Below, in pieces: positions 37,503-49,944 of a DNA stretch of 64,000 bases. The stretch is from assembly GCA_028534125.1 (NCBI GenBank), contig CM052818.1, positions 36,954,001-37,018,000 of the forward strand. The letters are read 5' to 3'. Within the stretch, counting starts at the first letter, position 1; the number at the start of each line of letters is the position of its first letter. This DNA is from Lama glama. Its lineage: Eukaryota. A program made the position numbers and the translations under genes. Below the pieces are notes generated by a model that saw only the letters and a program-made list of their open reading frames with translations, made no database searches and was not told the origin of the DNA.

Positions 37503-39625
37503 TTTATACTTTATACTTTGCATTGAGTTGTTTGGGTCTCATGAATGCATCTTTTCCCCCTCCTTCCTCTGACAATTTCCCACAGGATGGAGGCCCTGCC
37601 TCAGCTCCTCCTCCCCTCCTTCCTTCTGTTGTGCCTTTTGTCTCTCCTGGAAACATCTGGTTTCTGTGGATTATACTTACTGAATTTGCTTCGGGAGACA
37701 TTCATCTGCCCCTCTTCTCATCCCCCAAATCTGAACTCATCAAGCTTTAGCAAATACTGTGTGGTTGACCATAGGTTGAGTCCAGTCTGTGCTCAGCAGT
37801 GGAGTTCGGATTTATTATGTGTGTTTGAATATGCTTGGTGGACCGCTGAGGGGCACTGACAAGAAGTCTCTTTGTATGAGGGACCCATCAGCCTCTTGGG
37901 AAAGGATTTTTTTTTTTTTTAGATGAGGGAGTCAGGAAATAACTGAAGTGAACATTTAGAACCAAATATCCAGAACCAACAACATTAGGAGGCAATGAGA
38001 AGGCATTTTCATGCCAAAAAATTCTCTGGTGAATATGTGTGTTCAGGGCCTGGGTGCTTAAGATAAATGTCATTTAGCAGTGACACCATAGTTCATGGTT
38101 CATTAAATATTAAACACTGGGTTTTCTTTATGCTCTGGCCTCACCATTTCCCTCTGCCAATAGAAAGCCACGTGGGGTTTGTCAGACCCTTCTGGGGATT
38201 CGGTGATTCTAATTGTGGAAAAGAGTTAGCAGCACTTAGAGCTCAAGGATGGAATTCCTATTTTCAGCAGACACATTTTCACTATTACGTTTGTTTCTCT
38301 GGCACCGTTCACGTGTGCACGGAGAGAGAGACACTGCACATAAGTGATTATACACCCACTCAAGGAAAGCCCTTCCTGCATTGGGGTTGTTCTAGTTATG
38401 ATCATTCTTGCAGCCTGATCAACGCTGGGCAACCTCCAGGTTGGTTGCAGTTTTAGTGGAATGCTCCCATTTCATTCCTGTTTTTCTTTTTTATGTTTTT
38501 TTTTTTTTTATGGAGCTGGCTACAAATTCCAAGCATTATTCACCAGGTCTTCTGCTTCCCAGGGTCCTTCTGAATCTCTGCTCTGCTTAGTTGCTCTTCA
38601 GGGCACATCTGGTCTCTGTGGGCTGGACTGAGTAATTTTGCTTCAGGACGCATCTATTCTTTGATGCCTATTTCCTAAGATGCCTTGCTCCGGTTTGTGA
38701 AGGGGGAAAAAAAAAAGCTTGATTGTATTGTTCTGCTGGTGCTGCACACTGAGTGTCTTCTCACAGACACAAAAACTTCAGGCAGCCCATTGTACTTCAT
38801 TTCCAGGCTTACCTACTACCCTTTAAATCTCACTCCTAATCAGTCATTTGGCATAAACTCAATAGTTGGCTCGACTTGCAAGCTCATTGTTAACAGTGAC
38901 TAAGGAACCGTCTAGCGTCAATAGCACCTGTTACAAACGTCTTGCTTAATTCATACTTGGATGATTTTGTATCTACTGAATGCCTGATGTTTTAGGACTA
39001 CGGATCCGTGCTCAGTAGTGAATACTGTGCCGTGGTATGTAGTGGGATCATAGTCAAGTCTAATCCGGGTTCACCAGTGGAATTCAAACATATCGTGTGT
39101 GCTTGGTAGACGGGTAGGGGGGGTCAAACAAAAGTCCTTCCTGGTTTATTGGCTGGCTCTCTGATGGCTAACTGGCTTAAATGCATCTTGACTTGCTTCC
39201 TTCTGTAGATCTGTTCATCTTTTTCTGTTGTCTCTGATTCTTGGAAGTCATGACCCTCTCTCAGGAGGGTCTGAGCACTGAGCTCAGAGCTGAGCACTTA
39301 GAACTCTAAGAACTTTCCTTTTCATGGTGAGAAAAGAAAGTGTTAGTGAGATGGGAACTGAGAGGGGAAGGCCTATGAGTGTTTCCTGGGACTCGATCTG
39401 ACTGTTGATCATGCCACGAGATGCCCTCCCTGATGGGAAGTTTAAGTGGCCCATAGATTTATCTCCTTCACAATAGATTCTTCTGAAACAGTCCACGACA
39501 AACTGTTTAGATTACTTCCCAGCTCCAGCTAATAAGTTCAGTGAGACATATCCCAGATACAGTCTCCCAGTCTCTTTGGACTGAGATGGTCATTGCATCA
39601 AGGCTCTTTATTTGCCCTGGCACTC

Positions 39626-39679
39626 CACACATGTGTGTGTGCACGCGTGCATGCGTGTGTGTGTGTGTGTGTGTGTGTG
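39626..39679. repeat. 54-bp alternating pyrimidine-purine tract including (TG)n
   Basis: cacacatgtgtgtgtgcacgcgtgcatgcgtg(tg)n, with unbroken alternation. Confidence 0.9.
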
Positions 39680-40163
39680 GTCTGCAGTCATGGTGCATGC
39701 CACCTGCTATGTCCCAGAGCGTGCTGGGCAGCATTGTTGCATTTGTGGGATGCTTTTCAAAACTTTTATTTCAATAATTTCAATAATTTCATTTCAATTT
39801 TTCAATAATTTCCCCTCCTTCTCTCAGGGTCAGATGGCACATCTGTGGAGACTGTGCCCCTCACTCAGTGGGGATGCCTGATGTCTTCCTGTCTGGCGCA
39901 GAGAGAGAGGCACAGGGCTTGTGGGCTGGGCGGCGAGCGTCTGAGTCCCGTGGAGCCGTTTCAGCAAGTGCGCAGGGAGGACATATGCTCGCAGTTATTT
40001 TTCCAGGGTTGGGAAAAGGGCCAGAAGCACTTTATTTCATTCATTCCTTTGTTCAACGTGATTTAAGTTGCTAATGTGTATCATGCCTGGTTTTGGGAGC
40101 TAGGGAGGGTAGAGAAGACAGATTTTTTTATAAGACATCTCTGCCCTCAAGTCTGGGGAGACA

Positions 40164-40191
40164 ACACACACACACACACACACACACACAC
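40164..40191. repeat. (AC)14 microsatellite
   Basis: Seen directly, next to an antisense L2 3' fragment at ~40035-40160. Confidence 0.95.
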
Positions 40192-42069
40192 CTCAGAGTA
40201 AAACAGTGACATGAGTGAGAACGCAGCCCCACATGTCCCTTAGGCTGGGGAGGGGGCCTGTCAGTCTGAAGAGTTGACCCCCCCTGGATTCTGCCACAAT
40301 CCAGTCTTCAGCTCCATGTTCATTCACGGGCCTCACGGGTCTAGCTGAGAGCAGAAATCCATCCACACAAAGAAGGAAAAGGACGACTCCTGGTTTATGT
40401 TGAATGCAGGAGTCAGGAATGGAGAAAACGGGGATCCATCTGTTTTGGGTCAGTGTTACAAGATTCAGACATGCCTTTGTCAGATGTCTTTTGAATGCAT
40501 CCTGGACTGTCTGGGAGTCTGGATCCAAAAAACTGCATCTGCTGCAAATAAACATTGTTTTCTGAAACAAAAGCCATAGATCTCTTTCCTCCGTGCCGAG
40601 TGGACTCCAGCCCTTAGAGGATCTGGACGAGGCCCCAGCTCCACCCACAGTGGTGCCCGGCAGGGATCCTGACTGGTGGGGAGATGGGAGGAAGGAGAGA
40701 TTTCCTCAGAGGACTGAGCTGAGATCAATAATTGATTCATGAAGACGGTTCTCTCTGGTGTGAGGGACAAAGGTCTCTCCCTGAACCTCAGCTGAGGGTG
40801 AGCTACAGCAGGGGATCACTGCTGAAGAGAAGCTTCTGTCAGAAGCATTTCCGCTGGCCCTCGTGCTCTTCAGCCGTGGGAGGATATTTGAAAAATAGGA
40901 AAGAAGAGACACAAATTGTAGGGGCTGAGTTTTTGATGGATCCAAGAGTTGTGGGAAAGAAAGAAGAGAGTCTTCCCTTCCCCAACTGGGGGTGGATCTC
41001 CAAAGGATATCTGGTTTGTGATCTTTTATTCATGCTCATAATCTGTTCGGCTCTATCTTTGGGAAATTACTTCTATTCAGTGCACTTAATTGCTTAAATT
41101 GCTGCGGGTTTGCTGCATTTACAAAAATTCAGGAAAAGACAAAGAGTAAAATGTGTATCAGGTGAAAATAATCTTCACAGATGCCCAGACCCAGGTTCAT
41201 CTTACAAAGACTGAATCGGGAGGCCCGGGAAACGACTGAGAGGCTGTTCATTTTTCACTTGTCCATGAACAGAAAATAATAGAAATAACAATCCTAAGTT
41301 ATGAATTTTTGAACACTGACAGTATGTTGGGCGCTCAGGGTTTTGCATTAGATTCAGCAAAGATGAAAGAGTCTGTGGTTCTGCTCTTGTCGACTCCGTG
41401 GCCCCAAGGACCTGATCTCCGAGACTGTTTCCTGTGCTCAGTGAGGCCCGTGCCGTGCAGTCAGGGGAAAGTTCCAGAAAGATCTCCCCTCACTCACACT
41501 TCTTGCTTTGAGGGGAATCTTGTAATGCCTTCCAGTTTTTATGTCTGGCCATACCTGAGAAGGAAGCCGAAACAGAGAGGTTCTGGGGACCTCCTTCCAG
41601 AAGCCGGCAGAGTTGGCACTGACCCTCAAACCCGAGAAAGCTGGAGCTGCCTGATGGCCGAGACGGGACCACAGCCGCTGCCATGAGGAGGCCTTTGAAT
41701 CTTGGCTCTGTTCCCTAGTCGGGGCACTTGACTGTTTCTAACTGTGAATCTGAGGGCATGTTCCCTTTTTTTATTTACACTTGGCTTTCCTGATTCGTAC
41801 TGACCTCTTTCCAGACAACATCTGTATTGCTTGTTACAGCAAATCAGAAAAGTGCCCTGCTCATTCATTCATGAAGCTTTGTCAGCTGTCTGTGGTGGAT
41901 GCACCACCGCAGAAGGGGCTTAAAGCAAATGCTCTGAGCACAAATGTCCAACCTCCCTTAGCACTGGCGTCTGCTGGGACAGGACTGAATGCTCTGTCAG
42001 GGATGCGAAAATCTGTGGACCATGTGCTTATAATTTTGTTCTCACCAGATTGGTTATTTTTGAAGCCCA

Positions 42070-43160
42070 CTTGACCTTTGGAGTAGTTCTGCCTCTGAGG
42101 GGCCATTTGGGAATGTGTGAAGGGCCTTTGTTTGATCTAGTGATGTTGCCAGGAGGGGGAGGGACGGGTCCTGCATGTGAGGAATTGTTCCATGTCCTGC
42201 ACGATTTGTGAATGTCTCAGTGGATGCTGATGTAGGTGAAAAAAAAAAACCTTCTGATAATTATCTGAGCCTAGATCTTAACTGCTCTACATATAACACC
42301 ATGTGTTTTGTGCATAACGCTAATCTGCACTGGCTTTCCCGGGGACTCTATCTACTGTGTAAATTGAGAAAAGATTGCACTGTATGATGTTCAGAAATTT
42401 ATCAGAAATTGTTCACATCACTCCCTCCATGGAAAATGATTGTCACCAATGGCAACGCCCCTCGTGGCATCAGAATTGCCATACAGCACACCTGTAGCCG
42501 TCTGTGCCCCTAGCGGTCTCATTCCTGTCCGTGTAAAGACACAAGCTTCTGGCCGTTTCACCGTGTCTTCTAGTTAGTCATCCTCCTGAGCATTTACAGA
42601 CTGAAAGAAGTGCTATTTTATATGTTCTTTCCCGTGTGTTTCTCCACTACAGTAGAGTTAGTGCGTTACACGGGCGTTTGCCTTCGCATGCTTTAAATCT
42701 CTGCTTCTCTTTCCCTAAGAATGCAGTTCCATTGTGAAATGAGGTAAGGCTGTACTTTGTTTTGCTCAGAACTTTACCGGGAGTTGCTCACCATTTTGAA
42801 ACAATGAACTCACTGATGGAAACTGTGCTCACAGAATCTGAGTCATAAACACAGGCCTGGGTTTGAATGAGCCTGCATTTTCAGGCGTCACCTCCGTGAT
42901 GATTCTCTCAGATACAGGTATGGACCTCTAATGACTTTGTGTCGTCCAGTGTAGCCGTGATTACTTACATACTGAGACATGCATGTTATTGCAGATTATT
43001 TAACCTCTTCGTTTACTTACAGTTAGGACAATACATGTCTATTGTAAAAAAAATGAGCGTGGGTCAGATATATCATCCACGGGCTTCATTTCGGGGTGTT
43101 ACTAAAAGCTTGCTGTGAAAAGAGAACATGGGTTCTGATGGGGCTCTGATGAGAGGCCCT
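42070..43160 (+). mobile_element. MER20B hAT-Charlie element with an internal tandem duplication
   Basis: MER20-like start 'ctgcctctgagggggccatttgggaatgtgtg'; MER20B body 'gtaggtgaaaaa...taattatctgagcctag', 'cagaactttaccgggagttgctcaccatttt', 'ttcatttcgggg...gggttctgat'. Confidence 0.8.
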
Positions 43161-43501
43161 GAGGAACAGCCCTGGTGCAGTCAGTGTCCCACACGAAGAA
43201 GGCCCTGGTGCCCCTGCCTCAGACCCTTCGTGGGGCGACATGGGCGTCCAGCTTTCTGTTTCAGACTTTACCCCTAGACGGGCACGTGTCTTGGTTCAAG
43301 GTCAATTTGCTAAATATCAGTTGGAAATTCATCCACTGGTCAGTTGATCTAAAATTGTATGTTCTCAAGATGTCTGTCTTTCTCTAATTCTGGAAAAGTC
43401 TCAGCTTGCACATACTGTTTCTGTGCCGTTCCCTCCATTCCTTTCTGCTGGAAAAATCATTTAACCCATGTTTGTGCCTCTTATTTTACTCTGTCTTTCT
43501 T

Positions 43502-44050
43502 TTTTTTTTNNNNNNNNNNNNNNNNNNNNNNNNNNNNNNNNNNNNNNNNNNNNNNNNNNNNNNNNNNNNNNNNNNNNNNNNNNNNNNNNNNNNNNNNNNN
43601 NNNNNNNNNNNNNNNNNNNNNNNNNNNNNNNNNNNNNNNNNNNNNNNNNNNNNNNNNNNNNNNNNNNNNNNNNNNNNNNNNNNNNNNNNNNNNNNNNNNN
43701 NNNNNNNNNNNNNNNNNNNNNNNNNNNNNNNNNNNNNNNNNNNNNNNNNNNNNNNNNNNNNNNNNNNNNNNNNNNNNNNNNNNNNNNNNNNNNNNNNNNN
43801 NNNNNNNNNNNNNNNNNNNNNNNNNNNNNNNNNNNNNNNNNNNNNNNNNNNNNNNNNNNNNNNNNNNNNNNNNNNNNNNNNNNNNNNNNNNNNNNNNNNN
43901 NNNNNNNNNNNNNNNNNNNNNNNNNNNNNNNNNNNNNNNNNNNNNNNNNNNNNNNNNNNNNNNNNNNNNNNNNNNNNNNNNNNNNNNNNNNNNNNNNNNN
44001 NNNNNNNNNTTGTTCTAGTTCTGTGAAATATGTCCTGGGTAATTGGATAG
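43502..44050 (-). mobile_element. Young 5'-truncated L1, mostly hidden in the assembly gap
   Basis: Poly(T) runs into the Ns; 44010-44048(-) encodes IQLPRTYFTELEQ (L1 ORF2 IKLPMTFFTELEK); 17-bp TSD TTTACTC[T/C]GTCTTTCTT at 43485-43501 and 44051-44067. Confidence 0.9.
43510..44009. other. Assembly gap (500 N)
   Basis: Run of N. Confidence 1.
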
Positions 44051-47000
44051 TTTACTCCGTCTTTCTTAACGTCTCTTCTGCAGTTCTTACCTTTTTCTCT
44101 CTGCACGGCCTCTGGGTAAACTTCTCAGCACCATCTTCTCCTTCGCTAACTTGCTTTCGCCTCTGTTTTCAGACTAGATTTTATATCATTTATTGCTTTA
44201 AAAATTCACTTATAGACATGACTATAATTTTCATTTCTATAACTTCTCACCTATTCGTTTTCGTATCATTTTCTTGTTCCATTTTTACCTTTCATCAAAG
44301 ATGTTTTTTGCTTATGTAAAGGGCCTTATTCTTTCATTAATCCACCTAAGCATATTTATTTTCACCCTTCGATAAAGGGATATAGATTGATTTTTTTTGT
44401 TTCAATGGCTCTTTACATTTGTTTTCTTTTCTGGTGTTATATTTCTTTACATGGTTGAAATTTTGACTTATGGCTTTATTTTGAGGGGAGATCTTATTTG
44501 TTCTTTGCTATTCTCTTTTTCTCTTTTCTCCTGCAAACGCTCGCTCCTATCTGAGTGGCCATGAGGTTACCATTCTGTGTAGTCCTAATCCGTGACCGTG
44601 GGACAGATCCCGTAGTGGTCATGTTTATTTCCAGCCCGGTTGTGTGATCAGGAAAATTACCAGCCTGTTCCTGAGCTAGCCGGTGCTTTGCTTAGTTCCT
44701 GATCTCGGGGCTGCGTTTGCATTGCTGTGCCTCCTGCAGCACTTGGGAGCCGTTCTTTTCTGCCTCTTTTCTCAAGCGGTGTCTGCGTGTGGAGCGGGCA
44801 ATGTTGGGGGCAGTCTACCTCCCAGCTTTAAGCAGTGAGCCCGCTTCTAGCCCCCTGTGGTCCCAGAAGCATTGAATTCCAGATTCCCACTGCCTTGGTC
44901 TGGGCCTGTGGCTTCAGAGCTGTGTATGTTTCGGAGTTGCTGTTCTGTTTCTGATGCACGAAGAAGACATTTACTTGTTTCTGAGAGTGGCGATATTTTT
45001 GTGTTGTTTTAAATAGATCACTGCTGCATGTTTGGAGCCAGGGTGGCAATGTCAAGTGCGAATTTCCTGAGCTATTTTGATGGGAAGTTTCTTACTTCCA
45101 TCAAACAGAAGCCACATGCCAATAGGATACTTCTGAACTTCTAGAAGCTGCTGGCATATATTCTCAGGTCAGAGCTTTGGGAGACTATCTTCTTCCCTTT
45201 CTCCCTCACTGAGTAGCAGAGTCCCACACGCATCACTCAGTCGGACCTCACCTTTCTCTCAGTGCAGATTTTTGGATGCCTCTCAGTGTGTTCACATGTG
45301 TAAAAACCTCCTCCGGTATACTTCCGTTTCTTGCTAGAGCACAAAGGGTACGCTTGACACATGTAGTCTTAGTTTTAGGAGGAAACTCAGAGCTGTATAA
45401 ATCCAGCCTCTCTCTCCCCACACAGGCATACACATTAGTGATTCTTGAAGAGGCAATTGGATTTTTAAAACCCACTGAATGGTTGCCCAAGGCAATCTTT
45501 ATAGATCCTAAAGAGCGATATGACCCTTGCTGACACCTGCACAGAGTTAGAAAGTTTTCTTACTATCAAGTCCAAATTGACCTCCTTGTAACTGACACCA
45601 TAATGACACAAATGATGCTCCTGACATGAGAGCTGTTCAGACATCGGAAGACATTCGGTTTTATACTCTGAGTTTTCTCTTGTCTGGGCTAAATCCTCCT
45701 ATTTCCTATAGCACTCCTGCCTAGAATTCAGGTATCTCATTATTCTGTGGCCATCTCTTGATAGGCGTGGTGTGCTTTCTTGGCCATTTGTTTGGACTGC
45801 AGTGCTTATGCAAAGGACCAGGCAACAACTCTACAATTTCCCAAAGATAAGATCAGATCTTGGTCCCAGCTCCCCCGGGCCTTGAAAAGGATTCATTGGC
45901 TCCATGGCTGTCTTCATGGCCTAACTGGATGGTATGATTACATTTTCTTCCAGCGTGGGACCTGCAGCCCATGCTTTCCCCAGGCCTGTGTCCAGAATCC
46001 TGAGTTCCTACATTGGGCTGGTGAGCGATTCAAGGCAGTTTTCCAATCCTGCCTTTGCCTCTGTTGTTGCCTAGGAATTGTTACTTGCAAGCCGCTCTGT
46101 AGATGGGGTAATGGCATATTGATCGTTGCACAGGTGGTAGGGGTGCAGTTTGATTTTTAGATATAATTCTGTTTTCTGCCTTTCGGCTTGTTGCTGGAAG
46201 GTGCTATAATCTTATTGTCGGATGATTTTGACTTCAGTGCTTACCAGGAGTTTTGACTTTCATTTTGTTGTTGTTCTTCTTCTCCTCCTTTTTTTAAATA
46301 TTAAAAAAAAATTTTTTAAGCACAGGCTGACATGGTGCATTGAAGACATAGGAGGATTAGGCAAAGACAAACTGATGTGATTTGCTAAATGAGGGCTCTG
46401 GAAAGAAAAGGTTCTCATTCAGCGGAACGAAGTGAAGCTGTGTGCTGAATGTTTCAGGGATGTTTCCCAAAGAGTACTTCATGGATACTGTAACCTTGTG
46501 TGATGCTCTGTAGATGAAGGGCTCCATGCTCACATAATTTGGACGTGATGTGTAGTATGCTTCCCTCTTGGAGAGGACTCTTCATCTGATCATGTGGAAG
46601 GCTGTGAGACTTCCAGCAGTAAAGCAATATTTTCAACTTTCTGTGATTTAACATTGACCGTGCTCATTTGGTCATGGGACTCTGTAAAGAAAACTGTGGT
46701 ACCCATTAATGCCTTGGAAAATCGACATTCCATCTGACATCCTGTAGGAAATGCGCTGCTAAGCTCCATGTCATCCCGATGAAAACGGCCATGCATTCAA
46801 CCCCAAACATACCAAATGCTATCGTGTGCCTTTGCTGCTTGTTGAGGAATGAATCTGAGTATTCACTCCATAGGGGATATCACCAACCCCATAGCAGTGT
46901 GGTCCCCGTGTGAGATGGCATTGAATAATTTGTGTTAGAAAATGGGGAAGGGCAGAGAGGAAAGATGTCATCAAAATGAGGTGGAGTTAATCCAAATGCT

Positions 47001-48294
47001 ATCTGGTAGGGCTTTTAAGGGAAAATTTATGAAAATGGCTGATATGGGTAACTAGGGAAGAGCATGTTAGCTAGAGGCAACCAGTTCGGCAGAGGCAAGG
47101 GGGAAAGAATTAATGACTAGAGGGTAGATGGAGAATAAGTCTGTTCCATATTTCAGCTGAAGCATGAAGGAGATGTGTTGACAAAGAGGGAGAAATTTAG
47201 AGAACAGCCACTGAAGAACACTCAATCCTCACTGCAGGGTTTGAAATAGATTTGAATGGTGTTTGAGGCCCCCTTAAAGCTCTCCAGGGAGGACAAAATA
47301 AAATTCAAATAATTTTCTTGGACCAAGACCCCTTTGTCTGCTGTCAGACATATTTGAGGTAATTTCTGCCCTGTGTAGAGGCTGCAGGGATGGAAGATGG
47401 GGACAATTTGAGAGAAGAACTTGGTGATTACAAGGTGCAGGAGAAGAATCCAGTTTAACTCAACTGCTAGGATCATGGTGACTGAGATCCAGGAGTTTCT
47501 GAAAGGTACACTTCTCCTCGGGTCTCATAAAAATTGGCTTCCCTTCCCTCCCTGAAATAACAGTGTAGTTGTCAATGAAGTTCTTAGCTGGAGGCTACCC
47601 AATCACCTTACAGTCATTAGGAGATAAAAAACTATTGATCATTGTTTGTCTGTTGAAACCAGCAGCCTCCTGCTAATATCTTTATCCACTTCCAACGCTG
47701 TCAGCCTATTGACTTAAAAAAAAAAAAAGAACACAAGAGTTGATTGGAGTGTGAGAAGCAGAAGAAATTACTTTTAGCCAAATGATGGGGAATTTGATTA
47801 TAGAACATCTGTAGAAGAGCATGGAGAACTTGTGATGACTCTTTTCTGATCTAGTGAAGGGGCAGGGGCTGGGAGGTCTGCCCTTCCTGTTAATCTTATG
47901 ATCTCCTCACTTGAGAAAAGCCCAAAACACGAAGAAAGTAAGAGTGAAGAAGCAAGGTTCAGCGAGTAATCCAAAACCGCCCACACTATCTCCCTGGACT
48001 TGGTTTACTCATCTGGGCAAAAAGTTAACTGGCACCAGACATTGCCTTATGTTCAGGCCACAAAGAAGTGCATGGCTTCTTTGCAAAGGCTGCTGAAGCC
48101 CTGGGATGTGAAAAGCACGGAGTGGACCAAAGATGCCCTCGGTTCTCTGGTTTTGCACAGCAAGCCCTGCTCTGTAGCCAGCTGCAGGGAGTTCTTACAC
48201 GAGCAAGCACCTGGGACCCTCCCTGAGGCATGCTCTGATTGGAAACACCGTGGTCCCTGGTAGAAGCCAAGGCTGAAGGCACAGAAGATGCTCT

Positions 48295-48322
48295 CCTTCT
48301 TCTTCTTCTTCTTTTTTTTTTT
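48295..48322. repeat. (TTC)n followed by poly(T)
   Basis: Seen directly. Confidence 0.9.
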
Positions 48323-48479
48323 TAATTAACAACATGTCACCACAGAGTGAAGAGTATCCTTGTGAGGGAGATCTATCAGTGGAAGATACATCAACAATAC
48401 AATCAACAGATAGCAATCGAGGCTCCTTGGCCCAGGCATCTGCAGGTAGAGGAAGGATCCTGACAATGGGCTTCCTCGT

Positions 48480-48720
48480 TTCGGGGAGCTCAACCTCTAT
48501 TTGGACAACGGAGATATTCTCATTTAGAACTGTTGTAGCCTGTGTGCAAGGATGGTCAGGGGTGAGAGAGTTCCTGAAAGGTCCCCTGTAGGAGGTAGGA
48601 CTTGTTCTGGACTTGGAAGGACAAATAGAGTTTGAAGAGGCAGAAGGAAGGAGGGGGACATTTGAGGTGTCTGGCACAGTGACGATGCAGATCAGGCTAG
48701 GATACAAGGGATCATTGTTG
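48480..48720 (-). mobile_element. L2 fragment
   Basis: 'ggggagctcaacctcta...ggacttgaagg-like ttggaaggacaaatagagttt...gggggacatttgagg'. Confidence 0.6.
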
Positions 48721-49610
48721 GGGATACTGGTTGATGCCCTTGGTGGGTGCTAGTTACACCACGTGTGTGTGTATTTCTGTGTGTAACTGATGTAATATGA
48801 ACTTCACATATGTAAAGTACACAATCTGATAAGGCCTGACTGAAGTAGGACCCAGGAAGCCATCCCCATACTCAAGCTAACGAGCTGTCATAAGCAAAGT
48901 GTCCTTGGGGCCTTTTGTAATCCTTGCTCCCGACACTCCCTGCTCCTCACGTCTGCTGGTAACAAGTGATCTGCTGCCACTACAGTTTGCATTCTTGAGT
49001 ATTTTACATAAATGGAAGCTGACACTGGGGACTCTTTTTTGTCTGGCTTTTTCCACAAGGCATAACTCTTTTGACAGTCATCCATGTTTACGTGTATAAA
49101 TAGTTCATTCCTTTCATTGCTGAGTAGTGTTCCATTGTACAGATAAACCATCATTTGCTTATCTGTCCACCAGTTAATGCACTTTTGTGTTGTTTCCAGT
49201 TTTTGCTCTTATAAATAAAGTTATGGACATCTGTGGAGAAATTTTGCATGTATATGTGATGGCGTTGTTCAAATATTTTACAACCTTCTTGATTTTCTTT
49301 GTATTTGTTCGATCGATTATTGGAAGATGAATGTTGACAACTTTGACTGTAATTGTGGACTTGCCTATTTCTTCTTGAAGTTTTATCTGTTGTTGCTTCA
49401 TGTATTTTGAAGTTTTGTTATAACTTACATAACCATTTAGGATTATTATGTGACTCTGGTAATTGATCCTTTTATCAATATGACATGAGTTTTCTTTATC
49501 TTTGATAATAGTCGTTCTGAAATCTACTTTGTATGTTATTAATATAGCTATTCTAGCTTTCTTTTGATTAATGTCATACACACACATACACACACACAAA
49601 TATGTACATA

Positions 49611-49820
49611 CAGTTGGCCCTCTGTGTATACACGTTCTGCATCCATCCATAGATTAAGCCATCTGTGGTTTGGGGTTGCTTGAATCCACAGATATGGAAC
49701 CTGTGGATACAGAGTGCTGACTGTACTAAGACATTTTATGTAAGGGGCTTGAACATCCACAGATTTTGGCATACGTGGGTGTCCTGGAACCAAGCCCCTG
49801 CAGATACTGAAGGATGTCTG
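49611..49820 (-). mobile_element. MER2-like TcMar-Tigger element
   Basis: 'cagttggccctctgt'...'cttgaacatccacagattttggcatac...gtcctggaaccaagcccctgcagatactgaaggatgtctg'; preceded by TA. Confidence 0.85.
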
Positions 49821-49944
49821 TGTATGTATATAAATACTCCACTCTTTTTAACTTAACCATTTGTGTCTTTATATTTAAAATATTTTTCTTATAGGTAGCA
49901 CAACTTTGACCTTATGTTTTATATCCAATCTGAAACTCTGCCTT

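Larger units (their letters stand above)
43330..45090 (-). mobile_element. Old L1ME-like 5'/ORF1 region, interrupted by a young L1 and the gap
   Basis: 'ctttctctaattctggaaaagtctcagc' continues after the TSD as 'ctctgggtaaacttctcagc...tcgctaacttgc'. Confidence 0.6.

Noticed and set aside
39770..39812. Repeated TCAATAATTT units
   Set aside because: Simple slippage-type low-complexity repeat with no further structure
43359..44319. Long ORFs of 206-283 aa
   Set aside because: Artefacts of translating through the 500-N gap
48334..48591. ORF MSPQSEEYPCEG... after a poly(T) tract as an exon or retrocopy
   Set aside because: No recognisable homology, no TSD, and its 3' half runs into an L2 fragment
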